The notes below the pieces were generated by a model. The model did no database searches. It saw nothing but the letters and a program-made list of their open reading frames with translations, and was not told the origin of the DNA. 64,000 bases of DNA, taken from contig NZ_LXET01000009.1 in assembly GCF_001655005.1 (NCBI RefSeq), positions 43,706 through 107,705 on the forward strand, written 5' to 3'. Shown in pieces: positions 45,664 through 56,950 of this stretch. This DNA comes from Hafnia paralvei ATCC 29927. Its GTDB lineage: Bacteria; Pseudomonadota; Gammaproteobacteria; Enterobacterales; Enterobacteriaceae. Positions within the stretch are counted from its first letter, which is position 1. Every line of letters starts with the position of its first letter. The position numbers were made by a program, and so were the translations under genes.

Positions 45664-45893
45664 AGATTATCGACTCAACTTTTTATGTATTGAACACTGA
45701 TGATTGAACAACTACTGCGTAGGCAGCAGGCGCTGCCGTGGGTAAGTGATTTTCACTTGGCCTACATTAATTAGCGATAGCAGGCCGCTTCGTTGCTTTG
45801 AATAAGCAATGAAGTCAATATTTGAAATGAGGGAAGGCCGCTATGTTAATGGATGACAGCGCTTTCGTCACCCCCAAAAAAGATTTGTCTGAA

Positions 45894-48248
45894 TTAAAAC
45901 AGTCCAAGCTGACCAGCAACCAGCGTAGAAAAGTCATCCTGCATGAAGGGTAAAATAGCATCGGCGACCGGCTGAAGCTGGCGCGAGAGGTAATGATCGT
46001 AGTCAATGGGCGCACGTTGGCACTCTAATGGCTCCGGCCCTGCGGTGGTGATGACATAGCTAATCCAGCCGCCGTTTTGATACTGCAACGGACGATTGAG
46101 CTCGCGGTTATATTCATCGGCAATTTTCGCCGCGCGCGCATGAGGTGGGACGTTACGCTGGTAATCGCTCAGCTTTCGTCTTAGGCGTTTACGATAAACC
46201 AGTCTGTCATCGAATTCAGCGTTCATCAGACGAGCCGCATAATCACGAATAAACTCCTGATACGGCTGTTTGAGGAAAATACGTTGATACAGTTCTTGCT
46301 GAAATTGCTGTGCCAAAGGCGTCCAGTCACTGCGCACGGTTTCCATTCCTTTGTACACCATTTCATCGCCTTTAAGCCCTGCATAGCGTTTTTTACTGCC
46401 CAGTTCGGCACCGCGAATGGTTGGCATTAAGAAGCGGCGATAGTGACATTCATATTCTAATTCTAATGCACTTTCTAAACCGTATTCGGTGCGAAGATGC
46501 TCTTTCCACCACTGGTTTACGACGGTAATGAGATGTTGTCCAATGGCGGCGGCTTGCTGTTCGTCGTGTGCCCGATTAAGCCACACAAAGGTCGAGTCGG
46601 TATCTCCGTAAATCACGGGATAGCCTTCAGCCTCGATCAACTCTCGGGTGCGGCGCATAATTTCGTGTCCGCGCATGGTGATCGATGATGCCAAACGCGG
46701 ATCGAAGAAGCGGCAACCGCTTGAGCCAAGCACACCATAAAAGGCGTTCATGATGATCTTTAACGCCTGTGAGAGCGGCGCATTCTTCTCTCGTTTGGCG
46801 GCTTCGCGCCCCTGCCAGATTTGGCTAACGATGTCTGGTAAACAGTGCTGTGCGCGGGCAAAGCGCGCACCGCGAAAACCGGAGATAGAATGCGCGTCGT
46901 CTGGTTGTCGCAAACCTTCAATTAAGCCGACGGGGTCGATAAGAAACGTACGGATAATCGAGGGATACAGGCTTTTATAGTCCAACACCAACACGGAGTC
47001 ATACAAACCGGGGCGCGAATCCATCACAAAGCCGCCGGGGCTCGCCTCTTCTGGCAAATCGCCCTGATTAGGCGCGACAAATCCGACGCGATGCATACGT
47101 GGCAGATAGAGATGGGTAAATGCGGCGACGGAGCCACCGTTACGGTCAGCATTCAGGCCTGTGACCGTCGCGCGCTCAAGCAAAAACGTCATCAAATGCG
47201 TATGGTCAAAAATGCGGGTCACTAGCTCACAGTCTTTCAGGTTGTAATGAGCCAGCGCTGGCTTATCTTCGCGAAAGCGTCGGTCGATCTCCGACATCCG
47301 ACTGTAAGGATCGTCCATGGCTTTACCCTCGCCCAACAGCGTTTGTGAAACGTTTTCTAAGCTGAACGAAGGGAAATTCCAAAATGCGCTTTTGAGCGCC
47401 TCAATGCCGTCAATAATCAACCGGCCGGTGGCAGAGGCAAAAAAATGCCCTTGCTTAAAACCGTGCTCGCGCCATTCTAAAACGTCGCCACCGCGTCCTA
47501 AACGCAGCGGTATCGCGTAGCGTTCGGCGTGTTTTTGCAATACGCGTAGGTCAAATTGGATCAGGTTCCAGCCGATGATCGCATCAGGATCGTGCTGCGC
47601 TATCCACTGATTTAACGCTTCTAATAGCTGAGGACGACTGTTGACATAGATCAGTTCGAAATCTAACTGACTGGCATCACCGTTTTCTGGCCCCAACATA
47701 TAGACCACGCGCTGGCCACAGCCATGAAGTCCGATGGAATAGAGTTCACCGTGCATGGTGGTTTCGATATCCAACGAGACTAGCTTAAGCGTGGGGCGAT
47801 AGGAGGGGTTCGGTTTCAATTGGGTATTACGCCAAACGCCTTGAGTATCCTGATGGCCAGAAAACCACACCGGAGCACAGATGAAACGCTCCATCAGATA
47901 GCGATCCGGTGGGCGAATATCGGCCTCATACAGCGTGATTCCATGTTCCTTGAATGTCTTTTCAAGGTTCATCAGTTGGCGATAGCTGTGACAATAGACG
48001 CCGACCACGGGACGATGATGAAAATCCTTCATCGGCAATGGTTTGATTTCCACATGACGTTCGCTATGCAGCAGTTTTTCAGCTTGTGGAAGCTGCTCCG
48101 CGGGCAAAAAGGCCACTGCTTTCTGCGGCGGTAGAATAACTTTTTGTGGTCCATTATCGGTTGCCAGCCACAGCTCCACCGACACGCCGGCCGGTGTATC
48201 CCGCCAATGACGGGTGAGGACGAAGCCTTGCTGTGGGGATTGGGTCAT
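45894..48248 (-). CDS. polB: DNA polymerase II (family B)
   Basis: 784 aa, collinear with E. coli PolB (…[11 protein letters not shown]…, …YGDTDS…). Confidence 0.95.
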   Translation of the reverse strand: MTQSPQQGFVLTRHWRDTPAGVSVELWLATDNGPQKVILPPQKAVAFLPAEQLPQAEKLLHSERHVEIKPLPMKDFHHRPVVGVYCHSYRQLMNLEKTFKEHGITLYEADIRPPDRYLMERFICAPVWFSGHQDTQGVWRNTQLKPNPSYRPTLKLVSLDIETTMHGELYSIGLHGCGQRVVYMLGPENGDASQLDFELIYVNSRPQLLEALNQWIAQHDPDAIIGWNLIQFDLRVLQKHAERYAIPLRLGRGGDVLEWREHGFKQGHFFASATGRLIIDGIEALKSAFWNFPSFSLENVSQTLLGEGKAMDDPYSRMSEIDRRFREDKPALAHYNLKDCELVTRIFDHTHLMTFLLERATVTGLNADRNGGSVAAFTHLYLPRMHRVGFVAPNQGDLPEEASPGGFVMDSRPGLYDSVLVLDYKSLYPSIIRTFLIDPVGLIEGLRQPDDAHSISGFRGARFARAQHCLPDIVSQIWQGREAAKREKNAPLSQALKIIMNAFYGVLGSSGCRFFDPRLASSITMRGHEIMRRTRELIEAEGYPVIYGDTDSTFVWLNRAHDEQQAAAIGQHLITVVNQWWKEHLRTEYGLESALELEYECHYRRFLMPTIRGAELGSKKRYAGLKGDEMVYKGMETVRSDWTPLAQQFQQELYQRIFLKQPYQEFIRDYAARLMNAEFDDRLVYRKRLRRKLSDYQRNVPPHARAAKIADEYNRELNRPLQYQNGGWISYVITTAGPEPLECQRAPIDYDHYLSRQLQPVADAILPFMQDDFSTLVAGQLGLF

Positions 48249-48442
48249 CGTGGTGCTTTTGGCCGATAAAGGGAAAGTATTGATTGCTAGTATGAGTATT
48301 TATACAGTGGTTGTCTACGGGGTGCTTGGCTCTTGTATGTTAGAACGATGTAATGTTTCGTACGCCTAATGCACCGAAACTGATATGCACTCCGTGCCAG
48401 CGTCCGAGCAAGGCAGCTCAATCTCCGACTTCCATCCAGATT

Positions 48443-48911
48443 ATTTCTATACTAGAACGGTGAAGGTTTTCGTCCGCCCGTCAGCATTTGTGTTTCCATG
48501 ACACGGCTGGCGTAGGCGTCCGACGAGCGGTTGCCAGCGCGCAACCTCTCGACTCTCGCGCTTTTTACCGCGTCGCTTGGCCGACCGGTCTCAGAGCGCA
48601 CATCCTGTACGCCCTCGACCTACCGCCATCTTCCCTGATGGCGGTTCTAAAATGCATTCTTTCAACACAAAAATACGTCAGAACCTTTCTATGTAAAAAT
48701 GGTGAAAGTTTTCGTCCGCCCGTCAGCGTTTGTGTTTCCATGAAACTGCTGGCGTAGGCGTCCGACGAGCGGTTGCCAGCGCGCAACCTCTCGACTCTCG
48801 CGCTTTTTTACCGCGTCGTTTGGCCGACCGGTCTCGGAGCGCACATCCTGTACGCCCTCGACCTACCGCCATCTTCCCTGATGGCGGTTCTATCATGCAT
48901 TCTTTCAACAC
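48443..48911 (+). repeat. Tandem array of two ~242-bp structured repeat units (subfamily A)
   Basis: Units starting GGTGAA(G/A)GTTTTCGTCCGCCCGTCAGC at 48459 and 48701 are more than 95% identical. T-run length differs (5 vs 6 T). Confidence 0.85.
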
Positions 48912-48934
48912 GAAAAAACAAAACAATATTGTTT

Positions 48935-48958
48935 TGCCTTTGCCTTTGCCTTTGCCTT
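48935..48958. repeat. Hexanucleotide microsatellite (TGCCTT)4
   Basis: Four perfect tandem TGCCTT units in the intergenic region. Confidence 0.9.
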
Positions 48959-49029
48959 TTTAATCGTTTAAGTCTTGGTAGGGAGAGCCGCCGATACAGG
49001 GATGTATCGGCGGAGTTTGGGGCGCCCTG

Positions 49030-49176
49030 GATGGGCGATACCAAACCGGAGCGGGAATGGCGTCTCGGATAAAAGCGCGCGAGTTGAGAGCCCCCGCGCA
49101 ACGGGGCTCTCATCGGTCGCCTTCGCCAGCAGTTTCATGGAAACGCATTTGCTGACCGGCGAACGAAATCTTACAC
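49030..49176 (-). repeat. Inverted, diverged copy of the same repeat family (subfamily B)
   Basis: The reverse complement reads GTGTAAGATTTCGTTCGCCGGTCAGCAAATGCGTTTCCATGAAACTGCTGGCG…CTCGCGCGCTTTTATCCGAGACGCC. It shares the GTTTCCATGA core. Confidence 0.8.
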
Positions 49177-49371
49177 AGCTGCTTCATAAACGGTTGGCGA
49201 ACGAAATATGACACAGTCGCTTCATAATCGTCATTCAGCCGAAATCCCCACCATTACCTATACTCATTAAGTTACTCATTTGTAAATAAACGTTTATCCC
49301 CTCAATGAGATGTTGACGACAAAGAGGGCGCTACGCAAAATCGCTGGCTCATTATTTCCGGTGGAAGAATT

Positions 49372-50139
49372 ATGGAAGCATACCTGCAACACTTGGTGAC
49401 TCAGTCAGTGGCCTACTCATTGATCGCCGTATTTTTAGTGGCGTTTTTAGAGTCTCTGGCGTTGGTGGGGCTGCTTTTGCCGGGAACCGTCATGATGGCG
49501 ACGCTAGGTGCTCTGATCGGTAGTGGACAGGTGAATTTTTACTATGCTTGGGGCGTGGGGATTTTGGCGTGTTTTGCTGGTGACTGGATTTCATATTTTA
49601 TTGGCCGCGCCTTTAAAGATCCATTACATCGTTGGTCATTTATCAAGAAGAATAAAGCGCTGCTGGATAGAACAGAACATGCGCTGCATCGTCATAGCAT
49701 GATGACAGTGTTGATTGGACGCTTCGTAGGCCCTACTCGTCCCGTTGTGCCGATGGTGGCGGGAATGTTGGCGCTCCCACCGCGCAAATTTATTCCACCC
49801 AATATCATTGGCTGTATTACGTGGCCGCCGGTTTATTTCTTTCCAGGCATTCTGGCGGGAGTGGCGATTGATATCCCCGCCGGTAGTGGCAGTACGCTAT
49901 TCAAAGTGCTGCTCGCGTTAGTTGTGGTATCGATTTGGATTGCTGGCTGGCTAAGTTGGCGCTGGTGGCGAGAAGGGAAACGCTCGGCGGATAAACTCTC
50001 TCAGTGGTTAACACCGCTGCGCCTGCGTATCGCCACCGTGACCATGTGGGGTTTGGCCGCAGTGAGTTTTGTCTTTATGCACAACCATCCCCTCATGCCC
50101 ATTTATCGCTCGCTATTGTGGAAGGTGGTGCATTTTTAA
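49372..50139 (+). CDS. yabI: DedA-family inner-membrane protein
   Basis: 255 aa, MEAYLQHLVTQSVAYSLIAVFLVAFLESLALVGLLLPGT…, DedA/SNARE-associated family. Confidence 0.85.
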   Translation: MEAYLQHLVTQSVAYSLIAVFLVAFLESLALVGLLLPGTVMMATLGALIGSGQVNFYYAWGVGILACFAGDWISYFIGRAFKDPLHRWSFIKKNKALLDRTEHALHRHSMMTVLIGRFVGPTRPVVPMVAGMLALPPRKFIPPNIIGCITWPPVYFFPGILAGVAIDIPAGSGSTLFKVLLALVVVSIWIAGWLSWRWWREGKRSADKLSQWLTPLRLRIATVTMWGLAAVSFVFMHNHPLMPIYRSLLWKVVHF

Positions 50140-50207
50140 GGTTAGGGGCGGGTTGATACCAGCCCTTGATATTTAACCTTTCTCAGTTTTGTTATGAAAG
50201 CTTGGGG

Positions 50208-51206
50208 TTAACATCCGTCAGTGTTAAAGCTATCGATGACAGAAGATAAATTATCATTCATCGTGTTTGCTTCCTGCTGAGCAGGGGAACCTCGTTGCAT
50301 ACTCGCCATACCTGGGAAGGCGGCGGGGGGAACCGTGGTGTATTCTGTTCTATCATGTTTCAGTTCATTGCTAATAGTGCGCGCTGAGGCTAAAAATAAA
50401 GTCATGCTACTCAGACAGGTACCGCCGGTAACCGTTTTAGTTTTGTCATAGCCTTTAACTAGCGTGTTCATCAAGTTGATATTTTCATCCAGTTTGGCGA
50501 GGCCGGTATTATCCGCTTGAGAAATGGCTTCTTTTATTTCACGGCTAATGAGTTTGCCGTAGTAAATAACGCCTATTTTATAATAGGACAATGATTCTTT
50601 TTTAGCGCTATCGAACGTCTGCTTTATATTTTTCTCATCAAGTATCTGTATCTGTTCTTTAAACTCATTCTCCGCTAACAGAACTTTTTTGAGTTGTTCA
50701 AACAACGCGGGTTCTTTCTCCATAAATAGCTTACCACCGTCTGAAAGATATTCCTTAGTACTTCCATACATGGATAGTTCTTGATTCAGTGGTTCGAGAA
50801 CGTTGAGCGCTTGCAGGTATTGTTCCGCTGCAACGTCCAGTTCAGCGAGGTTTCCTTCCATTTTAAGGGCGTTCTCTAGCCCTTTTTTCTTGCCTTGAAT
50901 ATTATTGTCGTTGACTGCGAAGTAATTTTTTAACGGTTTTTTATTTTCAATGTTGTCGTTGATGAATTGCATCTGCGTCTCAAAATCACCGGAGAAACCA
51001 TCGGTAATGAACTCAGCATTAGCAACATCAATATAAGCATTGTATTTAACTATTTGGTGTTGCTCTTTATCTCTAACCTGTTTCTGCGTGTCGTTCTCTG
51101 ATGTCGCAGTCTTGGTGCTTTTATTATCATCACAGGCAGTGATGGTTGTGGTGCTTGCCAGCAATATGCACAGTGCTAGCTTTTTCCATTTATATAAAAT
51201 TTTCAT
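50208..51206 (-). CDS. YiiG-like (DUF3829-type) lipoprotein; AT-rich, likely horizontally acquired
   Basis: 332 aa with lipobox LLASTTTITAC. Lys/Glu/Asn-rich. Local GC is markedly lower than the flanks. Confidence 0.55.
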   Translation of the reverse strand: MKILYKWKKLALCILLASTTTITACDDNKSTKTATSENDTQKQVRDKEQHQIVKYNAYIDVANAEFITDGFSGDFETQMQFINDNIENKKPLKNYFAVNDNNIQGKKKGLENALKMEGNLAELDVAAEQYLQALNVLEPLNQELSMYGSTKEYLSDGGKLFMEKEPALFEQLKKVLLAENEFKEQIQILDEKNIKQTFDSAKKESLSYYKIGVIYYGKLISREIKEAISQADNTGLAKLDENINLMNTLVKGYDKTKTVTGGTCLSSMTLFLASARTISNELKHDRTEYTTVPPAAFPGMASMQRGSPAQQEANTMNDNLSSVIDSFNTDGC

Positions 51207-51407
51207 ATTTCCCTATTTTGTATTTATAAAATAATGTATCCGGTGACAATTGTATCATGGTGACAATATCTAATTTAGAACAGGAGGGAATAATAATTAT
51301 TAAAATAACAAAACTTATAAAATAATAAATAGAATAAATGATACGCTGAAAATAGATTGCGTAAACTGACGCATTTATCATCTTCTCAGCATATGAATGA
51401 TGTCGAT

Positions 51408-52103
51408 TTAACGTCCTAGTAGCGCCGCAGCCAGCGGATCTTTCCCATCGAGCAAATCTTGGGTGCTGCCGTCGTAGGCGAATCGTCCATCGGCGATCAG
51501 CAACGTGCGCGACGCAATGCGCGCGGCATCATCTAGGTTGTGCGAAACCATCAGCAGAGTGAGGTTTTGCTCTGAACACACCTGTTCCAACAGTTGCAGC
51601 ATCTCGCCACGTAGCGCCGGATCGAGCGCGGAGAAGGGTTCATCGAGCAACAGGATGGGCTGATGACGCAGCAGACAGCGCGCCAGCGCTGCCCGTTGAC
51701 GTTGTCCACCAGAAAGCTGGGACGGCAATCGGGGTAAACAATCGATAATTCCGACCCGCTGCGCAATCTCATGTAAGCGCTGTTTTTGAGTGCGGTTCAA
51801 ACGTAATCCCGCATCAAGCCCTAATCCTAAATTTTGCTCAATGCTCAGATGAGAGAACAGATTATTCTCTTGAAATAACATAGATACGGGGCGCTTAGAG
51901 GGGGGCGTGTTGGTGTGATTGATACCATCAAGCATCACCGTGCCTTTGTCTGCCATGAGAAAACCCGCAATTAACGCCAGCAGAGTGCTTTTGCCTGCGC
52001 CGCTTGGCCCCAATATGGCAATCCGCTCTCCCGCAGAAACATCGAGTGAAAAACGCATCGGCTGATGCTCATAGAGATAAGTGAGATCGTTCAGCGTAAT
52101 CAT
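51408..52103 (-). CDS. thiQ: Thiamine ABC transporter ATP-binding protein
   Basis: Walker [10 protein letters not shown], signature LSGGQRQR. 231 aa. Confidence 0.9.
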   Translation of the reverse strand: MITLNDLTYLYEHQPMRFSLDVSAGERIAILGPSGAGKSTLLALIAGFLMADKGTVMLDGINHTNTPPSKRPVSMLFQENNLFSHLSIEQNLGLGLDAGLRLNRTQKQRLHEIAQRVGIIDCLPRLPSQLSGGQRQRAALARCLLRHQPILLLDEPFSALDPALRGEMLQLLEQVCSEQNLTLLMVSHNLDDAARIASRTLLIADGRFAYDGSTQDLLDGKDPLAAALLGR

Positions 52104-53716
52104 GATTTATCCCGCCCTGGAAGGCGTTCCAGCAGAGTGAAAAGTAAGAAACACAAGATCAATAATAACAGCGCGGTGACTGCACCATCTTGGCTGCGAT
52201 AAGCCCCAATTTGCTGATAAAGGTAGAATGGCAGCGTACGGAATTGCTCATTGCCAAATAGCGCCACCACGCCAAAATCCCCCAAGGACAGAACGCAGGC
52301 GAACGCCATGGCTTGAGACAGCGGGCGCTTAAGCGCGCGTAGCTCAATCAGCCTGAGTCGGTTAATGCCTTGAATGCGCAGCGATAGACACAGCGGATTA
52401 TAACGCTCAGCCAGATCGCGCATTGGATTTTCAAGCACTTTAAGCGCGTACGGGATGGCCATAAGGGCATTGGTTAGAATCACTAATCCGTAGGCGGACT
52501 GTGGAATGCCAATGGTATCCGTGAGCAGCAAAAAGAAGCCGGTGGCTAGCACAATGCCCGGCATCGCTAAAATCAGCATTCCGGTTAACTCCATGCCTTG
52601 CCCCAGCCAGCGTCGCTGGCGCAGCACCAGTTCACGACTGCTCCACAACAGCATCATGGTTAGCAACACGGCCAGCAAACCAGCGCCGAGTGCAATTTTT
52701 AACGATGTAAGCGTGGCCTGCCACAAAATAGGCTGGACGAGCACGCGGTTAACCGCCTGATTTAAGCCATCAGCAACCACGGCAAACAGCGGGGGCAGAA
52801 TAAGCAGCAGGGCGCATAAAATTACGCTACCGTCGATCCAGCGAGCGAAGAGAGTGTCTTGCGGATTACGCCATTTGATGGCTCGTGTATGGCCGACGGG
52901 GAGAATACCGCTGAGTTTTTGGCTCAACATCACTAAGCCTAAACAGCAGAACAGTTGCAGCATGGCTAAAAGCGCAGCCCTGCTGAGGTCGTAGTCGTAG
53001 CTTAAGGCCTGATAAATAGCGAGTTCGATAGTCGTCGCCTGAGGGCCCCCGCCAAGAGACAGCACGGTGGCAAAGCTGGCGAAACATAACATAAAGATGA
53101 GCGCGCCAGCGGGCAGGATTTGGCGGCGCAGATAGGGCCATTCAACAAAACGGAACTGCTGCCAACTGCTCATGCCGAGTTGAGCGGCGAGCTGGCGTTG
53201 CTCTGTGGGGATATTCTCCAGCGCCTGTAGCAATAGGCGCGCCGCTAACGGCAGGTTAAAGAAGATATGCGCAAGCAAAATGCCCTGTAAACCATAAGGC
53301 GAGAATGCGTAATCAATCCCCAGCCATTGGCAAATTTGCGCCAGCCAGCCTTGCCTTCCATAAACACTGAGGATACCGAAGACCGCGACCAGTACCGGTA
53401 GCACCAGTGTCATGGCACAGAGCCGCAGCAATAGCTGCCTGCCGATGAATCGGCGACGGAACAGCGCCCGTGCGAGCAAGATGGCAGGGAATACGGAGCA
53501 CATGGCGGACAGAAACGCCTGCCAAAAAGTAAAACGCACGACATGCCACAGGTAGTCATCTTGCAACAGGCTATGCCAATCCGACTCCGGAGCGTGACGC
53601 CAAAGGGCGCTAAACGCTGCCGTCGCCACGGCAATAATAGCAATGGCGGCGAACAGCCCTGGAAGTAACCAGAATGGAATTAACGGCTGACGGCGGCTTG
53701 CCATGAGCGGATCCAT
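52100..53716 (-). CDS. thiP: Thiamine ABC transporter permease
   Basis: 538 aa duplicated-permease ThiP. Overlaps thiQ and thiB. Confidence 0.9.
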   Translation of the reverse strand: MDPLMASRRQPLIPFWLLPGLFAAIAIIAVATAAFSALWRHAPESDWHSLLQDDYLWHVVRFTFWQAFLSAMCSVFPAILLARALFRRRFIGRQLLLRLCAMTLVLPVLVAVFGILSVYGRQGWLAQICQWLGIDYAFSPYGLQGILLAHIFFNLPLAARLLLQALENIPTEQRQLAAQLGMSSWQQFRFVEWPYLRRQILPAGALIFMLCFASFATVLSLGGGPQATTIELAIYQALSYDYDLSRAALLAMLQLFCCLGLVMLSQKLSGILPVGHTRAIKWRNPQDTLFARWIDGSVILCALLLILPPLFAVVADGLNQAVNRVLVQPILWQATLTSLKIALGAGLLAVLLTMMLLWSSRELVLRQRRWLGQGMELTGMLILAMPGIVLATGFFLLLTDTIGIPQSAYGLVILTNALMAIPYALKVLENPMRDLAERYNPLCLSLRIQGINRLRLIELRALKRPLSQAMAFACVLSLGDFGVVALFGNEQFRTLPFYLYQQIGAYRSQDGAVTALLLLILCFLLFTLLERLPGRDKS

Positions 53717-54678
53717 GTTGCGCGGTTTTGAGCGACTTCGGCTGGGGTGAATTCGAGAGCCTTAGCGGGGACGTTTAACTGTTCAAAGCCCTGTGGCAGC
53801 GTCGTTTGGATAACCGGATACATCCAGTTTCCAGTAGGCATTTCATTCTGGAATGCCGGTGTTGTGATGAACTGCATAAATTTATGTGCCAGTTCTGGTT
53901 GTTTGCTGCCCGCAAGCTGCGCTGCAACTTCTACCTGCAGATAGTGCCCTTCGCTAAATTCAGCGGCGGCGTAGTTATCTTTTTTTTCTTCGATGATGTG
54001 ATACGCCGGCGATGTGGTGTAACTCAAGACTAAATCGGCTTCGCCTTTAAGGAATAAACCGTACGCTTCGCTCCACCCCTTGGTGACCGTCACGGTTTTT
54101 TGCGCCAATTTTTGCCACGCCTGTGGCGCTTGGTCGCCATACACCTTTTGCATCCACAGCATCAGGCCAAGACCGGGTGTACTGGTGCGTGGATCTTGAT
54201 AAATCACTTTCCATTTTTCAGGGTTTTCTATCAATTGCTTCAGGCTAGTTGGCGGATTTTTCAACGTGTTTTTGTTGTAAACGAAGGCAAAATAGCCATA
54301 GTCATAAGGCACAAATGTGTTATTCCGCCAGCCGCCAGGGACAGTGAGTGTCTGCGTATCAACGTTGCTAGGCACGAACAGCCCCGTTTTTTCCGCCGCC
54401 TGCACCAAGTTATTATCCAGCCCCAACACTACGTCGGCACTGCTCTTTTGGCCTTCCATTCGAATGCGGTTTAACACCGAAACGCCGTCTTCTAGCGCCA
54501 CAAATTTCAGCTCGCAGCCACACTCTTTTTCAAAAGCGGCTTTCACTTTCGGGCCAGGCCCCCATTCCGCAGCAAAAGAGTCATAGGTATAAACCGTTAG
54601 AACCGGTTTATCGGCAGCGCTATGCACCGCAAAAGCCGTAGATATCAGCATCAAGGCAGGAATTATTCGTTTCAACAC
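53680..54678 (-). CDS. thiB: Thiamine-binding periplasmic protein
   Basis: 332 aa with a signal peptide. ThiB/TbpA SBP family. Confidence 0.9.
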   Translation of the reverse strand: MLKRIIPALMLISTAFAVHSAADKPVLTVYTYDSFAAEWGPGPKVKAAFEKECGCELKFVALEDGVSVLNRIRMEGQKSSADVVLGLDNNLVQAAEKTGLFVPSNVDTQTLTVPGGWRNNTFVPYDYGYFAFVYNKNTLKNPPTSLKQLIENPEKWKVIYQDPRTSTPGLGLMLWMQKVYGDQAPQAWQKLAQKTVTVTKGWSEAYGLFLKGEADLVLSYTTSPAYHIIEEKKDNYAAAEFSEGHYLQVEVAAQLAGSKQPELAHKFMQFITTPAFQNEMPTGNWMYPVIQTTLPQGFEQLNVPAKALEFTPAEVAQNRATWIRSWQAAVSR

Positions 54679-54729
54679 TTTGCACTCCGTGAGTTAAGTC
54701 AGGTCGCAAAGGTCTTTGAGCAAGCGTGG

Positions 54730-54846
54730 ATACGCTCTCAAATCCCTCCGCCGGTATTATCCGGATCAGGTTCGACGGGTTTCTCTCAGCAAAAAACTGG
54801 TTGCGCCCGCGTTGATCCGATGTCGTGCGGTGCTCGTAATCCTCAC
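54730..54846 (-). ncRNA. TPP (thi-box) riboswitch in the thiBPQ leader
   Basis: Minus-strand sequence …GCUGAGAGAAACCCGUCGAACCUGAUCCGGAUAAUACCGGCGGAGGGA… matches the thi-box consensus (CUGAGA; ACCUGAUCYGGNUAAUNCCRGCG). Confidence 0.85.
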
Positions 54847-55006
54847 ATACTATTGTATGCTGCGGTTACTCCGCTCCGGCCTCCATCGGCTGAACGCTTG
54901 CTCACGGCGTTTTTTAGATCGCCGATCCAACTCTGTTTTCTGCACCCCGTTGAGAACAGCGCGTTATTGTAAAGAGAGCATGTGTTATTAGAAAGGATTA
55001 ATAACG

Positions 55007-56725
55007 TTATCGAGGTTTTTCACAGCCGGTTGAAACGGTTAATTCGTGAATATCGCTTTCGTTGGATTGCGCTGGAGGCGCGAACCATGCGGATTTGAAG
55101 TCGAACCAGCCGAGAGTGTTCATCCGGACACCGCGCATGCTGTGCTGTCCGTGGAGTTTGAGCCAGTGATGAAATAGGGGGTGAAGCTGATGCTCTTGCA
55201 CTAGACGTTGGCTCCATTCCGCCATCGGCAGAGCGTTGTTACGCCACTGGCTGGCATCTTGCTGCAAATCGCCACTCAGGCAGTGCTGTAGCAGAGGCAA
55301 TTCATACATCATCGAAAAAATCGAGAATTCGAGCGGCATGTAAAAGTTAGCACTACCCAGCCACAGATCGCTTTTTGCATCGCCTTCATACCAGCGGCTA
55401 TAGCTGATTTCTTGCATCGTGAGCTCAACGCCATAGTCTGCAAGCAGCGGTTTTAGTGCCAAGAATATTGCGTGAAACTCCGAGTGCTTGGTGTACACCG
55501 TCAGCGTGAGATGGGTCAGATGGGCCGGTTTCTCGTTATCGCTAATCAGTAGGTTGTGGTGCCAGCGAGGCAAAATGCCATACGCAGGTGACCAGTAGCG
55601 TTGATGGATCTTGCTCGCTTTATTCAGCAACGCGATAGGGTTGATGACCTGACACAGCCATTCACGCACTGCGGGGTCGGAGGTGATTGCTGAGCGCTGA
55701 TCAAACAGCATGAAATAGCAGCCCTCTTCCAAACGACTTTCTAATTCATCTTTTCCGGTTTCATCGGACTGAAGCTGCACGCCTGCGTGCACCAGTTCTT
55801 CCGAAATTTCGGGTAACACCCAGATATTGACTTCATCGATTAGCGCGCGAAAACCAAAGTAGTCGTCATAGGCGCGGATTTTAAGCTGAGTCTGGGTATT
55901 ACGTACCACCTGATAGGGCCCAGTCCCGATGGGGGAGCGAGTAAAATTGGGCAGTGATTTCCATTCGCGCGGTAGAATCATGGCGTTGACGCTGCCGAGT
56001 AGCCACGGTAGCCACTCATCTGGCGTGCTTATTTGAATATCAATAACGTACGGATTTGGGGAGGTAATGCTTTTCAGATGTGAAAACAGCGGTTGTTCCC
56101 GCAGCCGTTCAAGAGAGTGGATCACATCGGCCATTTCTAGCTCGCGTCCGTTATGAAAACGAATAGCGGGGCGTAGGTAAAAGCGCCAATGCAGCGGCGT
56201 TAAAGCCTGCCAGTGATGCGCTAGATCGGGCTCGAGTTCCCCGTTTTCCTCATTTAGCTGAGTGAGGCCGCTAAATATCTGTCGGGCCAAATGGGTTTCG
56301 GAGCGACGCATTGGCGTTCCTGGAAGCAAATTAAACAGCGGGCGATAGTAAAGAATACGCAGGATATGCTTACCCTGACGGAAGCTGCGTCCTAGCTGAG
56401 AGAGCAGCATTTGGCGCACTGAGCTGCGGTCGCCAACCAGTTGCACTAACTGCTCGATATGATCTTGGTCTAGCAGCTCTTCGGCGCGTAACTGCTGTAC
56501 CTGAAGGCCAGTTGATTGGAAAGTGAGTGTGGAGCGTTTACCACGTCCAGACTCGGCCTGCCAATGTAACCATCCTTGTTGCTGCATAGCGTTGAGTAAG
56601 GTTCGCACATGACGACGCGAGCAACTGAGCGTTTCTGCCAGATCGGCTAGCGTGGTTTCCGCTGATTTGCCTTGAAAACTTTGCCATAAGCGGATGAATT
56701 GATGTTGTAAACGCGACGTCGCCAT
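55007..56725 (-). CDS. sgrR: Sugar-phosphate stress transcriptional activator SgrR
   Basis: 572 aa, collinear with E. coli SgrR (…RLQ.QFIRLWQ…; C-terminal SBP-like domain). Divergent from sgrS. Confidence 0.9.
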   Translation of the reverse strand: MATSRLQHQFIRLWQSFQGKSAETTLADLAETLSCSRRHVRTLLNAMQQQGWLHWQAESGRGKRSTLTFQSTGLQVQQLRAEELLDQDHIEQLVQLVGDRSSVRQMLLSQLGRSFRQGKHILRILYYRPLFNLLPGTPMRRSETHLARQIFSGLTQLNEENGELEPDLAHHWQALTPLHWRFYLRPAIRFHNGRELEMADVIHSLERLREQPLFSHLKSITSPNPYVIDIQISTPDEWLPWLLGSVNAMILPREWKSLPNFTRSPIGTGPYQVVRNTQTQLKIRAYDDYFGFRALIDEVNIWVLPEISEELVHAGVQLQSDETGKDELESRLEEGCYFMLFDQRSAITSDPAVREWLCQVINPIALLNKASKIHQRYWSPAYGILPRWHHNLLISDNEKPAHLTHLTLTVYTKHSEFHAIFLALKPLLADYGVELTMQEISYSRWYEGDAKSDLWLGSANFYMPLEFSIFSMMYELPLLQHCLSGDLQQDASQWRNNALPMAEWSQRLVQEHQLHPLFHHWLKLHGQHSMRGVRMNTLGWFDFKSAWFAPPAQSNESDIHELTVSTGCEKPR

Positions 56726-56784
56726 AAAAGAGGAACCTTTTTAGGTAAAGCTATCAATTTTTCTTTCCCTATATTACGCAGATA

Positions 56785-56905
56785 ATTTCAGCAGATGAAA
56801 GAGAAAGAGGTGAGTAATCATTTGTCTCTCCGACATCAAAGAGTGTTTCTGAGTAATGGTGCTTTTCACCGACCAGCAGGTCTGCCTGCTGGTTTTTTTC
56901 TGTTA
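56785..56905 (+). ncRNA. sgrS: SgrS small RNA (short form; no convincing SgrT ORF)
   Basis: The 3' region AAAGAGTGTTTCTGAGTAATGGTGCTTTTCACCGACCAGCAGGTCTGCCTGCTGGTTTTTTT matches the SgrS seed, terminator and poly-U. The 5' end is approximate. Confidence 0.65.
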
Positions 56906-56950
56906 TCGTACTGCCAGCCGTATTTGATAATGCCAGCTTAGGAAATCAGG

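Noticed and set aside
48488-49113. Several 60–100-aa ORFs on both strands inside the 242-bp repeat units (including LPLPLP and RQRQRQ peptides from the microsatellite)
   Set aside because: Reading frames are not conserved between near-identical copies, because a 1-nt T-run indel shifts the frame. They arise from repeats and the SSR, so they are non-coding.
56796-56940. ATG-initiated ~48-codon frame within sgrS as SgrT
   Set aside because: It runs through the conserved base-pairing region and the terminator hairpin and is unlike SgrT, so it is most likely not translated.
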